A DNA stretch of 64,000 nucleotides from an uncultured delta proteobacterium (GCA_963816145.1 CAWFJP010000002.1:1-64000); one strand, 5' to 3'. Shown: positions 10,156 to 19,919, counted from the stretch's first letter. Notes: generated from the letters alone by a model not told the origin. Numbers and translations: made by a program.

Positions 10156-11086
10156 AGTCGAACCCTGGGGTATTTCCTTTGGTTATCTCGCGGGCGATGC
10201 CGTACTGTCTGAGGATTATATCGTCGGCGAGCCGCCAATCAACCCGCGCCGCAAGTTTTTCATTTTCTGCCCATTCCCGCAGCTCTTGCTCGACGCTCGG
10301 CTGCTTGCCGTAGATATCCCGATGGACTTCAAGGAAGATTCGCTCGCCGATACGCGCGATCAAGAGCCGGCGATAGAGCAGTAACACCGGAGTGCCACGC
10401 TCGACGGCGGGAAACAGCTCCGCAACATCATCCGGATGCAAGCGAATGCAGCCGTGCGTCTGAAACTGATAAACGCTCGCCGGCGCGATCGTGCCATGAA
10501 TGCCGTAGCCGCTGATGCTGAGGCCGAGCCAATGTTTACCGAGGGGATTGTCGGGACCCGGCGGAACGCAGGTCTTGACTTCTTTGCCTTCGCGCTGCAT
10601 TTCCTCCTGGATCGATTTTGGAACCTCCCAGACCGGGTTTTCTTCCTTGATCGCAATTCTAAATTGTCCGCTCGGCGTCGGCCAATCCTGTTTGCCCAGC
10701 GCAACCGGATAAGCGCGCAGCGCTCGGCCTGCTTTAAACAAGTAGAGCATGCGCTGGGGAATGTTGATGACGATGCCGTCGTCGAGCGCTCGCGGCGCGA
10801 TATGGCGGTTGTCGATGCTTAATTCTTGAGCGATTCTTAACCGCGCGTTGTGCGCCAGCTTGTTGATGTCCGTCAAGATATTCACGCCGACACCGAATCG
10901 AGCACCGATGGCGGTGAGCGAGTCGCCCGGCCGGACAATGTAAGTGAATTCCCGGCCGACCAGCTGACCGGATAACAACGATTGCTCCTCGGCGTTGCTG
11001 GCAACGACACCGGAAAGACAGGAAAATAGGAATAGTAATACGCCCATCAGGTTTACTGTTTGGGTGCTCGTCGCTCGTGCTCTCAT
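10121..11086 (-). CDS. LysM + L,D-transpeptidase (YkuD/ErfK family); start approximate
   Basis: LysM (YIVRPGDSLTAIGARFGV), GPDNPLG, and catalytic GIHGT...THGCIRL. Confidence 0.9.
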   Translation of the reverse strand: MRARATSTQTVNLMGVLLFLFSCLSGVVASNAEEQSLLSGQLVGREFTYIVRPGDSLTAIGARFGVGVNILTDINKLAHNARLRIAQELSIDNRHIAPRALDDGIVINIPQRMLYLFKAGRALRAYPVALGKQDWPTPSGQFRIAIKEENPVWEVPKSIQEEMQREGKEVKTCVPPGPDNPLGKHWLGLSISGYGIHGTIAPASVYQFQTHGCIRLHPDDVAELFPAVERGTPVLLLYRRLLIARIGERIFLEVHRDIYGKQPSVEQELREWAENEKLAARVDWRLADDIILRQYGIAREITKGNTPGFDYDASTAPSRSP

Positions 11087-11132
11087 AAAAACTCCCGGCT
11101 CGCAGATGTCTCCGTTCGATCGAAATGTGTCC

Positions 11133-11209
11133 TCGCGCCAAGTTCGCCAAGGTCGCAAAGTTGGAAATTATTTTTCTATTGCTTGGCGTCCTTTGCGTGC
11201 TCTGCGCGA
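11133..11209. repeat. Short palindromic element with CGC(C/A)AAG-type arms
   Basis: TCGCGCCAAGTTCGCCAAGGTCGCAAAG ... CTTGGCGTCCTTTGCGTGCTCTGCGCGA around an AT-rich spacer. Confidence 0.7.
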
Positions 11210-11244
11210 TATATTCCGAATCTCAATGGCGCCTGACTGCCGCG

Positions 11245-11964
11245 TTACTTCACCGGTCTTGCGTTGTCGTCGCGGCGCACCAGTTCTTTCATAAAGTCCA
11301 TCTGGATTTGCTGGATCTCCAAAAGTTTCTGCCACTGGTGCTTGAGCAGGACGTCGAGTTTTTCATGCAGATGGCGGATCTCCAACTCGGCTTTGAGATT
11401 GACTTGATAGTCATTCTCCGAGCGCAGCCGGTCTCTGGTTTCGATGCGATTTTGGCTCATCATGATGATCGGCGCCTGGATGGCTGCCAAACAGGAGAGA
11501 ATCAAATTCAACAATATATAGGGAAACGGATCGAATGGGTGGAGCAGGGTGGAAGCACTGTTGATCGCGATCCAGGCCGCCAGCACCAAGAAAAAAGTTC
11601 CAATGAAAATCCAACTGCCGCCGAAGGAGGCGACGTGGTCGGCGATATGTTGGCCGAAGGTGATATTTTTCTCGAAGGCGACGTTGATATTCTCCGTCAG
11701 CGTTTCCTGTTCCTTTATGCTGCGGATGACTTCTTGTTCGAGCTCGGTGAGCGCGCCGACTTCTTCCTTTAGCGCGTCCTCGACATACTCCTCGCGCAAA
11801 AGATCGAGACAGTCGACGCAGAGCATTCCGCCGGGCGCCCAGCTCGGATCGTGCTTCTTAATGGTCTCTTTGAGCGCGGGCCGGAGCATCTCGCTCGGGA
11901 TCAGCAGATCGTAGGGGCGCATTCGATGACAATGAAAACATTGTTGATCGGCATGCTGTGGCAT
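11245..11964 (-). CDS. DUF1003 membrane protein with N-terminal Cys cluster
   Basis: FGGSWIFI, FDPFPYILLNLILSCLAAIQAPIIMMSQNR and NLKAELEI..LHEKLD; GGAG RBS before ATG 11964. Confidence 0.9.
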   Translation of the reverse strand: MPQHADQQCFHCHRMRPYDLLIPSEMLRPALKETIKKHDPSWAPGGMLCVDCLDLLREEYVEDALKEEVGALTELEQEVIRSIKEQETLTENINVAFEKNITFGQHIADHVASFGGSWIFIGTFFLVLAAWIAINSASTLLHPFDPFPYILLNLILSCLAAIQAPIIMMSQNRIETRDRLRSENDYQVNLKAELEIRHLHEKLDVLLKHQWQKLLEIQQIQMDFMKELVRRDDNARPVK

Positions 11965-11984
11965 GGTTTTCTCTCCGTTCGCCG

Positions 11985-14900
11985 TTAGCCGAGAAATTCC
12001 AATGGGTGGCCTTTGCGGCGGTAGTATTTTTTTACTTCTTCGAACACCAATAGAACCACCGTGCCGTTGCAGGCGAACAGGTAAACATGCCAAGGCACCG
12101 GCGCAAAATAGTAAATGTCGGCAAGCGGCGTGTAGAAAAAGAAATAGCAGAGTAACAGTTCGAAAAGAATCCCGAGATCGACGAGCGGGTTGGAGACCAG
12201 ATTGAAAACGATGTAATGGCGTTCAAGAAACCTTGCCAGCCACGCGGTCGCGGGTGCGAAGATCTCGAACACTGCCGGCGCCTGTCGCGGCCGCCAATGG
12301 GCGATGGCGTCCAGGGCCTCACGGCGATAGCCAGGTTGGAGGAAATTGGCCGCGAACAGCGAGGCTTTCGCTGAGCGTTTGCACAACACGTTGGCGATCT
12401 GCGTGGTCACGGTGGGGAAAAAGTATGCGGTCAAGGTTTGCAGGTAGGCCGGCGTCGCTTGGGCAAATTGCAAACCGCGCGGCGACGCGGGCATGGCGGC
12501 GAAGCTTTTTCCCGCTTGCCAGGCGCCGAGCACCCACCCCATGTAATAGTAAGTCGCGTAGCAACTGAGCGCCAAAAAGCTGCCGTGAACGAAGTAGGCG
12601 CGTAGAATGAACGGCAGCGATAATATTTTGTCATCGCGGCGGCGCGGCGGCCGTTCCATGATCCCTTCTTCCGGCGGTTCGATGCCCAGGCCCATGGCGG
12701 GAATCAAATCGGTGCCGACGTCGACGGCGAGCACGCCCATCACCGTCATGGCCAGGGGAATATCCGGGAAGAGCACCCAGAAAATATACGGATACATCTC
12801 CTGCGGGTTGCTGTTGAGCACATAGGCGGCGAAGCGTTTGATGTTGTCGAAGATCGCCCGGCCTTCTTCGATGGCGGCGACGATCGAGCTGAAGTTGTCG
12901 TCGGTCAGGATCATGCGCGATGCTTCCTTGGCGACGTCGTTGCCGCGCACCCCCATGGCGATGCCGATGTCGGCCTTCTTGAGCGCCGGCGCGTCGTTGA
13001 CGCCGTCGCCGGTGACGGCGACGATCTCGCCCATCTGTTTCAATTGCGCGACAATCCGCAATTTATGCTCCGGAGCGACGCGGGCGAAAATCGTTTCCCC
13101 TTGGGCCAGTATGCCGCGCAAACGTGGGTCATCCATCTCGGAGACTTCCGCGCCGGTGAAGGTTTGCAGCGGTGCGTCCTGGCCCAAGCCGATCTGCCGG
13201 CCGATGCTGGCGGCGGTGAGCGCGTAGTCGCCGGTGACCATAATGACGCGGATGCCGGCAGTGTGGCAGGCGTGGATCGCCGGTGCGACTTCGGGCCGCA
13301 GCGGATCGGATAACGCCGCCAGACCCAGGTAGACGAGGTTTTTTTCTATACCCGCTGACGTGAAAGGCGCGCCGTTCAATTCCGCGCCGTCACGGTAAGC
13401 AAACGCCAGGACACGCAGGCCACGGCTCGCCATGGCGTCGTTCTCTTTGAGTAGGCGCGCGCGGTCGAGTTCGCTGAGCGGGAGAATGTCATCGCCCCAG
13501 TGGATGCGGTCGCATTGGGCGAGCATTTCCACCGGCGCGCCTTTGACATAAATCACCGCGTCTTTTTGGCGATAGGGGCGCACGACAACGCTCATGCGCT
13601 TGCGGATCGATTCGAAAGGATTCAAATGCAGCCGCTGGTGCGTGCCGCGCAGGCCGGCCTTCTCGGCCAGACAAACCAGCGCGCCTTCGGTGGGATCGCC
13701 GATGACGTGGAAATCGGCGTCCTTTTTTTCGATCCTGGCATTGTTGCAGATAAAGGCGCAGTCGAGCAGACGGCGCAGGGTGTGCCAATGGGAGATCGCT
13801 TCCAGCGACAGAGTTTGACCGTCATGAACGAATTCGCCCTGGGGGCGATAACCGACGCCGGAAACCTCGACCTTTTTGCCGTCGATGGCGATCTCGGTGG
13901 CCATCATGAGATTTTGCGTCAAGGTGCCGGTCTTGTCGCAGCAAATCACCGTGGTGCAACCGAGGGTTTCCACCGACGGCAAGCTTTTCACCAGCGCGTG
14001 ACGCTTGGCCATGCGCTGCACGCCCATGGCGAGGGAAAGGGTGACGGTGGGCAGCAATCCTTCGGGAACGTTGGCGACGAACAGGCCGATGCAAAATACC
14101 AAAGCTTCGAGGAAAGTCAGACCGGCCACCAACCAGCCAAGAAACAGAAAAGCCAAGCCCAAGCCACCCGCCAGCGCCGTAATCGCGTAGACGGTTGCCC
14201 GCAGTTGTTTCTGCAGCGGACTCTGTTCGCTGGCGATCTCTTGGGTCAGGTTGGCGATCTTGCCGATCTCGGAGCTCATCGCGGTGCCGAAAATGACGGC
14301 GCGGGCCCGGCCGCGTAACAACGACGTGCCGGCGAAAAGGATGTTCGGCAGCTCGATCCAGAGAAATTTACCGGCGATCAGCACCGGCTGATCGGATTTA
14401 TACCGGCGCGCCGGCGACGATTCGCCGGTCAGCGAGGAGTTGTCGACCTCGACTTCGAAGGCTTCGGTGAGGCGGCAGTCGGCGGGCACCAGGTCGCCCT
14501 CTTCGAGCACGATGACATCGCCGGGCACCAATGCGGCAGCGGCGATCTCCTGCGTGTTGCCGTCGCGAATGACGGTCGAGCGTTGCGCGATCAGTTGTTG
14601 GAGCATCTCGAGGGCGCGGTCCGATTTGTATTCTTGCAAGAACGCAAACAGACCGTTGACCAGGACCACGGTCAGGATGGCGATGCCCAACTGCGGCAGG
14701 TCGACACCGGGAACGAAACAAAGCAGCGCGGCGATCCACAAGAGGATGGCAAAGAAGCTGAAGAGGTTGCGCAGCAACTTGAATTGCCATGGCTCGCGCC
14801 GGGAGCGCTGCAAGGTATTGCCGCCATAGCGGCTCAGACGGCTCTGGGCTTCCGCCGAGCTCAAGCCATTGATCAGATCGGTCTGCAGCTCAAACTCGAT

Positions 14901-15365
14901 CTGTTCCTGTGTGAGGTTGATGTAGGTCGGCAGCGCCGACTGCTGTTCGGCGCGGGCGATGATTTTGACGATCTCGTCGGCTCGGCGCTGCTTCAGCAGC
15001 TCGGCACGGATCGCCGGCAGCAGCGAGGCGATGCGCTGCAATAGCTGCAAGTGCTCGGCTGGGCGCTTGGCCGGAGTGGCGAGCAACAGGACAATATGAA
15101 TTTTGTGGTCGTTAAAGGCGAGGCCGTCCGCTGCAATGCCGAGGATCAATTCCGGTTCGGCGAGGTCGTCGATGCGCAAGTGTGGCACGGCGATGCCTTC
15201 GCCGATGTAGCTGTAACGCTCGTTTTGTTGGTCTGGTGCGTGAGCGTGGAATTGCGCCCCGAACTCGGGAATATGCGAGTGAGCGCTCAACTGGTCGATG
15301 GCAGCGGCAAGCTCGCCCTTGAGCCCGAAGACGATCTTGGCGCTGTCGAGACGCTCGGCGATCAT
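11985..15365 (-). CDS. P-type cation ATPase (P2C Na,K/H,K-like) with fused N-terminal PTS EIIA domain
   Basis: [23 protein letters not shown]; M4 VANVPEGL; M6 VDVGTD; N-terminal IGEGIAVPH...IVLLLATP...HLQLLQRIA. Confidence 0.9.
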   Translation of the reverse strand: MIAERLDSAKIVFGLKGELAAAIDQLSAHSHIPEFGAQFHAHAPDQQNERYSYIGEGIAVPHLRIDDLAEPELILGIAADGLAFNDHKIHIVLLLATPAKRPAEHLQLLQRIASLLPAIRAELLKQRRADEIVKIIARAEQQSALPTYINLTQEQIEFELQTDLINGLSSAEAQSRLSRYGGNTLQRSRREPWQFKLLRNLFSFFAILLWIAALLCFVPGVDLPQLGIAILTVVLVNGLFAFLQEYKSDRALEMLQQLIAQRSTVIRDGNTQEIAAAALVPGDVIVLEEGDLVPADCRLTEAFEVEVDNSSLTGESSPARRYKSDQPVLIAGKFLWIELPNILFAGTSLLRGRARAVIFGTAMSSEIGKIANLTQEIASEQSPLQKQLRATVYAITALAGGLGLAFLFLGWLVAGLTFLEALVFCIGLFVANVPEGLLPTVTLSLAMGVQRMAKRHALVKSLPSVETLGCTTVICCDKTGTLTQNLMMATEIAIDGKKVEVSGVGYRPQGEFVHDGQTLSLEAISHWHTLRRLLDCAFICNNARIEKKDADFHVIGDPTEGALVCLAEKAGLRGTHQRLHLNPFESIRKRMSVVVRPYRQKDAVIYVKGAPVEMLAQCDRIHWGDDILPLSELDRARLLKENDAMASRGLRVLAFAYRDGAELNGAPFTSAGIEKNLVYLGLAALSDPLRPEVAPAIHACHTAGIRVIMVTGDYALTAASIGRQIGLGQDAPLQTFTGAEVSEMDDPRLRGILAQGETIFARVAPEHKLRIVAQLKQMGEIVAVTGDGVNDAPALKKADIGIAMGVRGNDVAKEASRMILTDDNFSSIVAAIEEGRAIFDNIKRFAAYVLNSNPQEMYPYIFWVLFPDIPLAMTVMGVLAVDVGTDLIPAMGLGIEPPEEGIMERPPRRRDDKILSLPFILRAYFVHGSFLALSCYATYYYMGWVLGAWQAGKSFAAMPASPRGLQFAQATPAYLQTLTAYFFPTVTTQIANVLCKRSAKASLFAANFLQPGYRREALDAIAHWRPRQAPAVFEIFAPATAWLARFLERHYIVFNLVSNPLVDLGILFELLLCYFFFYTPLADIYYFAPVPWHVYLFACNGTVVLLVFEEVKKYYRRKGHPLEFLG

Positions 15366-15604
15366 GGCGCGACTCGGAAATCACTGGATGATCGCCGCTT
15401 AAGCGCCTCACCCAACCCATGGATCAGTGTCGCCCCGATTGCCAGCAACAAAATAGTCAGTTGACCGAATGCCGCGCGCCCGGTCGCTTGGCCGACAATC
15501 GCCAGGCAGACGAGCAGCGCCAGGTGCTTCGCGAGTTTGGTCAGGAACGCGCCAAAGACGAGAGCCGATAACGAGCGGCGGAAGGCGAGAACTGGAGGTG
15601 ACAT
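15362..15604 (-). CDS. Small hydrophobic membrane protein (80 aa), translationally coupled to the ATPase
   Basis: 2-3 hydrophobic stretches; stop overlaps the ATPase ATG (ATGA). Confidence 0.55.
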   Translation of the reverse strand: MSPPVLAFRRSLSALVFGAFLTKLAKHLALLVCLAIVGQATGRAAFGQLTILLLAIGATLIHGLGEALKRRSSSDFRVAP

Positions 15605-15635
15605 CGCAATCCCGAGAGCCGCGAATGACCACGGG

Positions 15636-15902
15636 TCATGTGATATCGGCGATCTTTTTAATGCCGTCGCCCCAATCTTCGACGTTGAAGTCTCTAAACG
15701 GTACCACGATGGGCTCTTTTTCCTCGATCACGATCATGCGCGTCTTATGTTCAATCAAGAAAGAAACTTTCAGCAACAAGGAGTCATCCCTGATTTCGAG
15801 AAGATTAACCTTCTCTTCGAAGAAGTTATATTCCTTGTTGCGCAGTATCTCCTTGACCCGTTCTTTAGTGAGTACTTCTTTGTCGCCCAAAAAACCGCCC
15901 AT
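15636..15902 (-). CDS. Hypothetical small soluble protein (MGGFLGDKEVLTKE...)
   Basis: GGAGGAG RBS before ATG 15902; co-oriented within the operon. Confidence 0.65.
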   Translation of the reverse strand: MGGFLGDKEVLTKERVKEILRNKEYNFFEEKVNLLEIRDDSLLLKVSFLIEHKTRMIVIEEKEPIVVPFRDFNVEDWGDGIKKIADIT

Positions 15903-15962
15903 AGCTCCTCCAGATCCTCGCTGCGCGAGGAGTTTCAAATTTTAGATGCCGAATTCCAGCTC

Positions 15963-16385
15963 TCACGCCAAGCTTTCGACGTAGCGCAAGATGTCGGTTG
16001 TCGTCACTAGGCCGACCACCATGCCGTCGCTGACCACCGGCACGCAGCCGATTTTTTTATCGGCCATTAGATGGGCGACCTCTTTGATCGGCGTGTTGGG
16101 CGCCGCGGTGACGACGCGCTTCTTCATCACTTCCTTGATCTTGATGCTTTTCAGCAGCGCCGATTTACTTTTTTGCTTGAGCCCAAAGATTTGCGCGGCG
16201 GCGGCGCCGATCAGGTCGCGTTCGGTGACGATGCCGACCAACCGGCTGCCATCGACAACTGGTATGTGGCGAATGCGTCCGAGGGAAATGACATCGTTGG
16301 CCAGATCCAAGCTGTCTTCCGGCTTGAGCGTCACCGGACTGCCCATCATGATCTCGCGCACCACTCCTTCTTTTCCGTTCTTCAT
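15963..16385 (-). CDS. CBS-pair protein (AcuB-like)
   Basis: IRHIPVVD..LVGIVTERDL and IGCVPVV..VGLVTTTDIL. Confidence 0.95.
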   Translation of the reverse strand: MKNGKEGVVREIMMGSPVTLKPEDSLDLANDVISLGRIRHIPVVDGSRLVGIVTERDLIGAAAAQIFGLKQKSKSALLKSIKIKEVMKKRVVTAAPNTPIKEVAHLMADKKIGCVPVVSDGMVVGLVTTTDILRYVESLA

Positions 16386-16798
16386 GTTGATTCCTCCTGT
16401 AGCCGTTCGAGATAGCTGCGCAGCACATCCACATAGGAGACGATGCCGACAAGTCCTTCGGCTTCATCGACCACCGGGATGGCGCCAAACTTTTGTTCGA
16501 TGAGCATTTCCACGGCGTCCTTGAGATCGTCATCGGGCGCCATGGACAGCGGTTCCGTGGTCATGATCTCGCCCACAGCGGTTCCCAAGGCGCGTTCTCT
16601 GGCCTCAGGTTCGCCCACTAGGGCTTCGCTTAGAAACGCCCGGATATCGCGGTCCGTTACGATGCCGAGGAGCTCGCGGCCGTTGACCACCGGGATTTGA
16701 CGGATGTTATTCTCCGCCATGAGTTCATTGGCTTTGCCGACGGTTTCCGCGGCCGTCACGGTCAAAGGATCGTTGGTCATCAGGTCTACGACTTTCAT
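16382..16798 (-). CDS. CBS-pair protein (AcuB-like)
   Basis: GGAGG RBS before MKVVDLMT; two CBS motifs; ATGA overlap with the next gene. Confidence 0.92.
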   Translation of the reverse strand: MKVVDLMTNDPLTVTAAETVGKANELMAENNIRQIPVVNGRELLGIVTDRDIRAFLSEALVGEPEARERALGTAVGEIMTTEPLSMAPDDDLKDAVEMLIEQKFGAIPVVDEAEGLVGIVSYVDVLRSYLERLQEEST

Positions 16799-16837
16799 CC
16801 AAGGGTACCTCCACTTAGTTGCTGCAATCGTTATTGG

Positions 16838-16853
16838 TGCACTGTCCGTGCCA
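16838..16853 (-). promoter_or_regulatory. Candidate sigma-54 promoter (CBS-ATPase operon)
   Basis: Minus strand TGGCACGGACAGTGCA = GG-N10-GC. Confidence 0.7.
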
Positions 16854-17011
16854 AGCTCGGGAAATAATTTATCCCTTGAGTTTGGACCCGGCTGGATGTC
16901 GATTGAGCGATTGGTTTTCATAAATGGGAATATTCCGCGGTGTTTCCGCAGCACTGCGAAAAAATCCGGTGTCGGGAACGACAACCTGCTGTTAGATTAG
17001 CCGCGCTGCGG

Positions 17012-17027
17012 GGGTATGTCTCTTGCC
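17012..17027 (+). promoter_or_regulatory. Candidate sigma-54 promoter (USP)
   Basis: GGGTATGTCTCTTGCC = GG-N10-GC with TTGC. Confidence 0.5.
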
Positions 17028-17073
17028 ATTGATCCTGATCGAAGCTATTGAGAGGCAGCAACAGGAGGTTGCC

Positions 17074-17529
17074 GTGACCAAGATAAAAAAAATTCTCGCA
17101 CCGACGGATCTGTCAAAACTATCGCGACCGGCCTTGCGCTACGCTCTAGAGCTGGCGCTTGAGCGTGGCGCGGCGGTGATCGCTTATCATGTGATTAGCG
17201 AAGACAGCGAGTGGCTCGGCAGCGACGACAGGCTCAACCCGGCCAATGCTCTATTGCCGCAGCATAGGGAACGCTTGCATGCGTTTATGACAGAGAACTT
17301 TGCCGATCTGATCGACAAAGTCGAGGTGATCGAGCTTGTCGAAGCGGGGGTGCCGTACAATAAGATCGTCGAAAAGGCTCAGAACGAGAAGGTTGACCTG
17401 ATCGTCATGTCGACCCATGGCCGCACCGGCTTCGAACAGATCCTGCTCGGCAGCGTCACCGCCAAAGTCGTCGCGCGGTCAAACTGCCCGGTGCTGTCGA
17501 TCCGGCCGGCAAAGTCGTCGGCGCATTAG
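17074..17529 (+). CDS. Universal stress protein
   Basis: AGGAGG RBS and GTG 17074; ILAPTDLS...MSTHGRTG...LGSVTAKV. Confidence 0.95.
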   Translation: MTKIKKILAPTDLSKLSRPALRYALELALERGAAVIAYHVISEDSEWLGSDDRLNPANALLPQHRERLHAFMTENFADLIDKVEVIELVEAGVPYNKIVEKAQNEKVDLIVMSTHGRTGFEQILLGSVTAKVVARSNCPVLSIRPAKSSAH

Positions 17530-17586
17530 ATGATTAGGAGGATTGGCCGCAAAGCTTGTCCTGAGCCGCGAAAAAAGCATTCGGAG

Positions 17587-17729
17587 TATCTCCCGCAAAG
17601 GCGCCAAGGCGCAAAGGTGACGGGCCGAGCCCGTCGCCCCGAGTGACCGCGACGGATCTGAGAAAGATTTCTCCCTTCGGTCGAAATGACAGCGCTTCCG
17701 AACTTGGCCCCTTTGCGCCTTGGCGGGAG
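17587..17729. repeat. Composite REP/MITE-like palindromic element, copy 2
   Basis: Inverted near-copy of 9403-9539; lies between convergent USP and FNT genes. Confidence 0.85.
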
Positions 17730-18560
17730 TCATTCCGGTTTCGCTCCGGCGTTGCCGCGCTGGTAAATGAAGTAGTAAACCAGCGCGACCAGGACGCTGC
17801 CGCCGGCGATGTTGCCGAGGGTGACGGGTAGCAGATTGGTCCACAGGGCGGTCCAGTTGAGCTGTTCCGCAGCGCTGGCGGGAACGCGGTCTTTCAGCAA
17901 GATCCCCAACGGGATGAAATACATGTTGGCGACGCTGTGTTCGAAGCCGGCGGCGACGAAGGCGGAAATCGGAAACACGATGGCGCAGATTTTATCGACG
18001 ACGCTGCGGCCGGCTAGCGCCAGCCAGACCGCCAGGCAAACGAGAATATTGCAGAGCACGCCTTTAAAGAATGCTTCTGCAAAAGGCAGCGCGGCCTTCG
18101 CCGCGGCAATTTTAACCGCTTGAGTAGCCACCGCAGCGCCGTTCATCTGCGAATGATTCGATAAGTAGACCAGTCCCACGAGTCCCAGCGCGCCGGCGAA
18201 GTTGGCGAGATATACAACCAGCCAATTGCGCAGCAATTCTTGGGTCGTGAGCCGATGACTGGCCCAAGCCATTACCAACAGGTTGTTGCCGGTGAAGAGT
18301 TCGGCGCCGGCAACGACCACGAGTATCAGTCCGAGGGAAAAGGCCACGCCGCCGAGGATGCGACTGACCGCGAAGCTGAGACTGGTATCGCTAGTGACCA
18401 GGGTAAAGTAGAGCGCGCCGAGACCGATGAAGCCACCGGCAAGGACGCCGAGGGCGATCTGCGAGAGCAGCGGTAAGCGCGCCTTGGCGACGCCGATGGT
18501 TTCCACCCGTTCGGCGATCTCTTTGGGAGCGTAGGCATCGAAGCCGAAGATTTCTGCCAT
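17730..18560 (-). CDS. focA: Formate/nitrite transporter (FNT, FocA-like)
   Basis: GAELFTGN, GVLCNILVCLAVW, GFEHSVANM and VTLGNIAGG. Confidence 0.92.
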   Translation of the reverse strand: MAEIFGFDAYAPKEIAERVETIGVAKARLPLLSQIALGVLAGGFIGLGALYFTLVTSDTSLSFAVSRILGGVAFSLGLILVVVAGAELFTGNNLLVMAWASHRLTTQELLRNWLVVYLANFAGALGLVGLVYLSNHSQMNGAAVATQAVKIAAAKAALPFAEAFFKGVLCNILVCLAVWLALAGRSVVDKICAIVFPISAFVAAGFEHSVANMYFIPLGILLKDRVPASAAEQLNWTALWTNLLPVTLGNIAGGSVLVALVYYFIYQRGNAGAKPE

Positions 18561-18887
18561 TAGGGGTTCTCAATTCACACCGCGCTTACGTTGTATTTCG
18601 GCGCGAGCGTCTCTCTATCGTGATAGGGCGGCATACGCGACGACAAGCTTGGCATGAAGCTAGGTTGTTCGCGCGCCAGCCTTTGCCATACCGATTTCGC
18701 AACTACGCAAAACGAATGCCTCGGGCGTGCGAACTTTTGAATCTCATTTCGACCATAATCTTGTCATTCCTGAGACGTAAAGCCTGTAAGTTTCCCAAGT
18801 TCGAGAATGATCCAGCTGCCAGAGAATTTTAAATCTTATACAGAGAGGAAATACTTACTGCTGTTTGATGCATCGCTTGTGCTGCTC

Positions 18888-18903
18888 TGGCATCAAATCT
18901 GCT
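18888..18903 (+). promoter_or_regulatory. Candidate sigma-54 promoter
   Basis: TGGCATCAAATCTGCT = GG-N10-GC, ~35 bp before ATG 18938. Confidence 0.65.
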
Positions 18904-18937
18904 CCATATTCCAGTGAGACCTACGGGAGGTGCTGCC

Positions 18938-19261
18938 ATGACCGAGAAGGATAAATTCGGCGATACCATGAAACTAGCCGAGCGTGCCCAGGAGGATATT
19001 TACATTGCCGAGCTTGATCGCGAGCTAATCGCCAAGCTCAAAGCGAATCTACAGAAGAAACCCAATAAAACCGTAATCGATCTGCGTTGCCCCAAGTGTC
19101 CCGGCCACTTGGAGGCTTACACTTTTGAAGGCTTCGCTCTCGACCGCTGTGATAAGTGTGGCGGGATATGGATGGATCGGGGCGAGCTAGAAGACGTGGT
19201 GCACAAAGTCAGCCGCGGTCCGTTGGGCGAGTGGATCGATACGTTGACGGCGAAGACTTAG
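18938..19261 (+). CDS. zf-TFIIB-type Zn-ribbon protein
   Basis: CPKC...DRCDKCGGIWMDRGELE; GGGAGG RBS. Confidence 0.85.
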   Translation: MTEKDKFGDTMKLAERAQEDIYIAELDRELIAKLKANLQKKPNKTVIDLRCPKCPGHLEAYTFEGFALDRCDKCGGIWMDRGELEDVVHKVSRGPLGEWIDTLTAKT

Positions 19262-19299
19262 CGTCAACCGGCTATGCAGAAAGATGTCAAGACGGTGTA

Positions 19300-19377
19300 C
19301 ACCACGAAGGCGCGAAGAGCACGAAGTTGTGAGAAAAAAGTGTCCGAAACCTTCGTGTCCTTGGTGTCTTCGTGGTG
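19300..19377. repeat. Palindromic REP-like element (CACGAAG arms)
   Basis: CACCACGAAG...CTTCGTGGTG perfect 10-bp terminal IR with 9-nt periodic sub-repeats. Confidence 0.75.
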
Positions 19378-19415
19378 CGTTGGGGTTTTGACTGAGAGCA
19401 ACTAAGGGGAAAATC

Positions 19416-19919
19416 ATGAGAACGGAAGCGAAGCGGTACAACAACAATTATCGGAAGAAACTCGATGTATTCCACGACACGTTCTTGCCGCGCCGATCGC
19501 CGGCGGAGGTCATCCAATGCCGCGGCTGTGGGGCGTTCTATCACCGCCGTCGCTGGTCTTTAACCGCACCGCCGGGATTTGACGCGACGGCGCGACAAGC
19601 TGAGCTGTTCTGTCCGGCATGTCAAAAAATCAAAGCCCATTCCGTCAGCGGTGAGGTTCATGTGCGTGGTGTGGAGGAGAAGGACCGTGGCGAAATCCTC
19701 CGACTGCTGCGCAATGAAGCAGCTCAGGCGCGTGAAAAGAACCCGTTGGAGCGGATTATGCGCCTGGCGGCAACCGGAGATGACTGGATGGTGGAAACCA
19801 CCACGGAAAAGCTGGCACAGCGGCTCGGCCGTTCGCTGCGCAAAGCGCGCGGCGGCAAAGTCAATTACACCTGGTCGCATAACAACAAGTTTGTTCACGT
19901 GGTATGGAATCAGCGTTGA
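19416..19919 (+). CDS. BCAM0308-family protein (Zn-binding, NMD3-like)
   Basis: CRGCGA...RW...CPAC, NPLERIM and TTTEKLAQRLGR motifs. Confidence 0.8.
   Translation: MRTEAKRYNNNYRKKLDVFHDTFLPRRSPAEVIQCRGCGAFYHRRRWSLTAPPGFDATARQAELFCPACQKIKAHSVSGEVHVRGVEEKDRGEILRLLRNEAAQAREKNPLERIMRLAATGDDWMVETTTEKLAQRLGRSLRKARGGKVNYTWSHNNKFVHVVWNQR

Noticed and set aside
11925-11945. CFHCH in the DUF1003 protein as a heme c site
   Set aside because: Located at an N-terminus with no signal peptide and paired with a later CVDC; more likely a Zn site.
13500-14318. Long antisense ORFs (also 5406-6023, 30865-31812, 35639-36499, 45027-46037)
   Set aside because: Shadows of well-supported opposite-strand genes in GC-rich DNA, with no motifs of their own.
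17029-17042. FNR-like box TTGATCCTGATCGA
   Set aside because: One mismatch, single instance, and too close to the USP start for class II activation.
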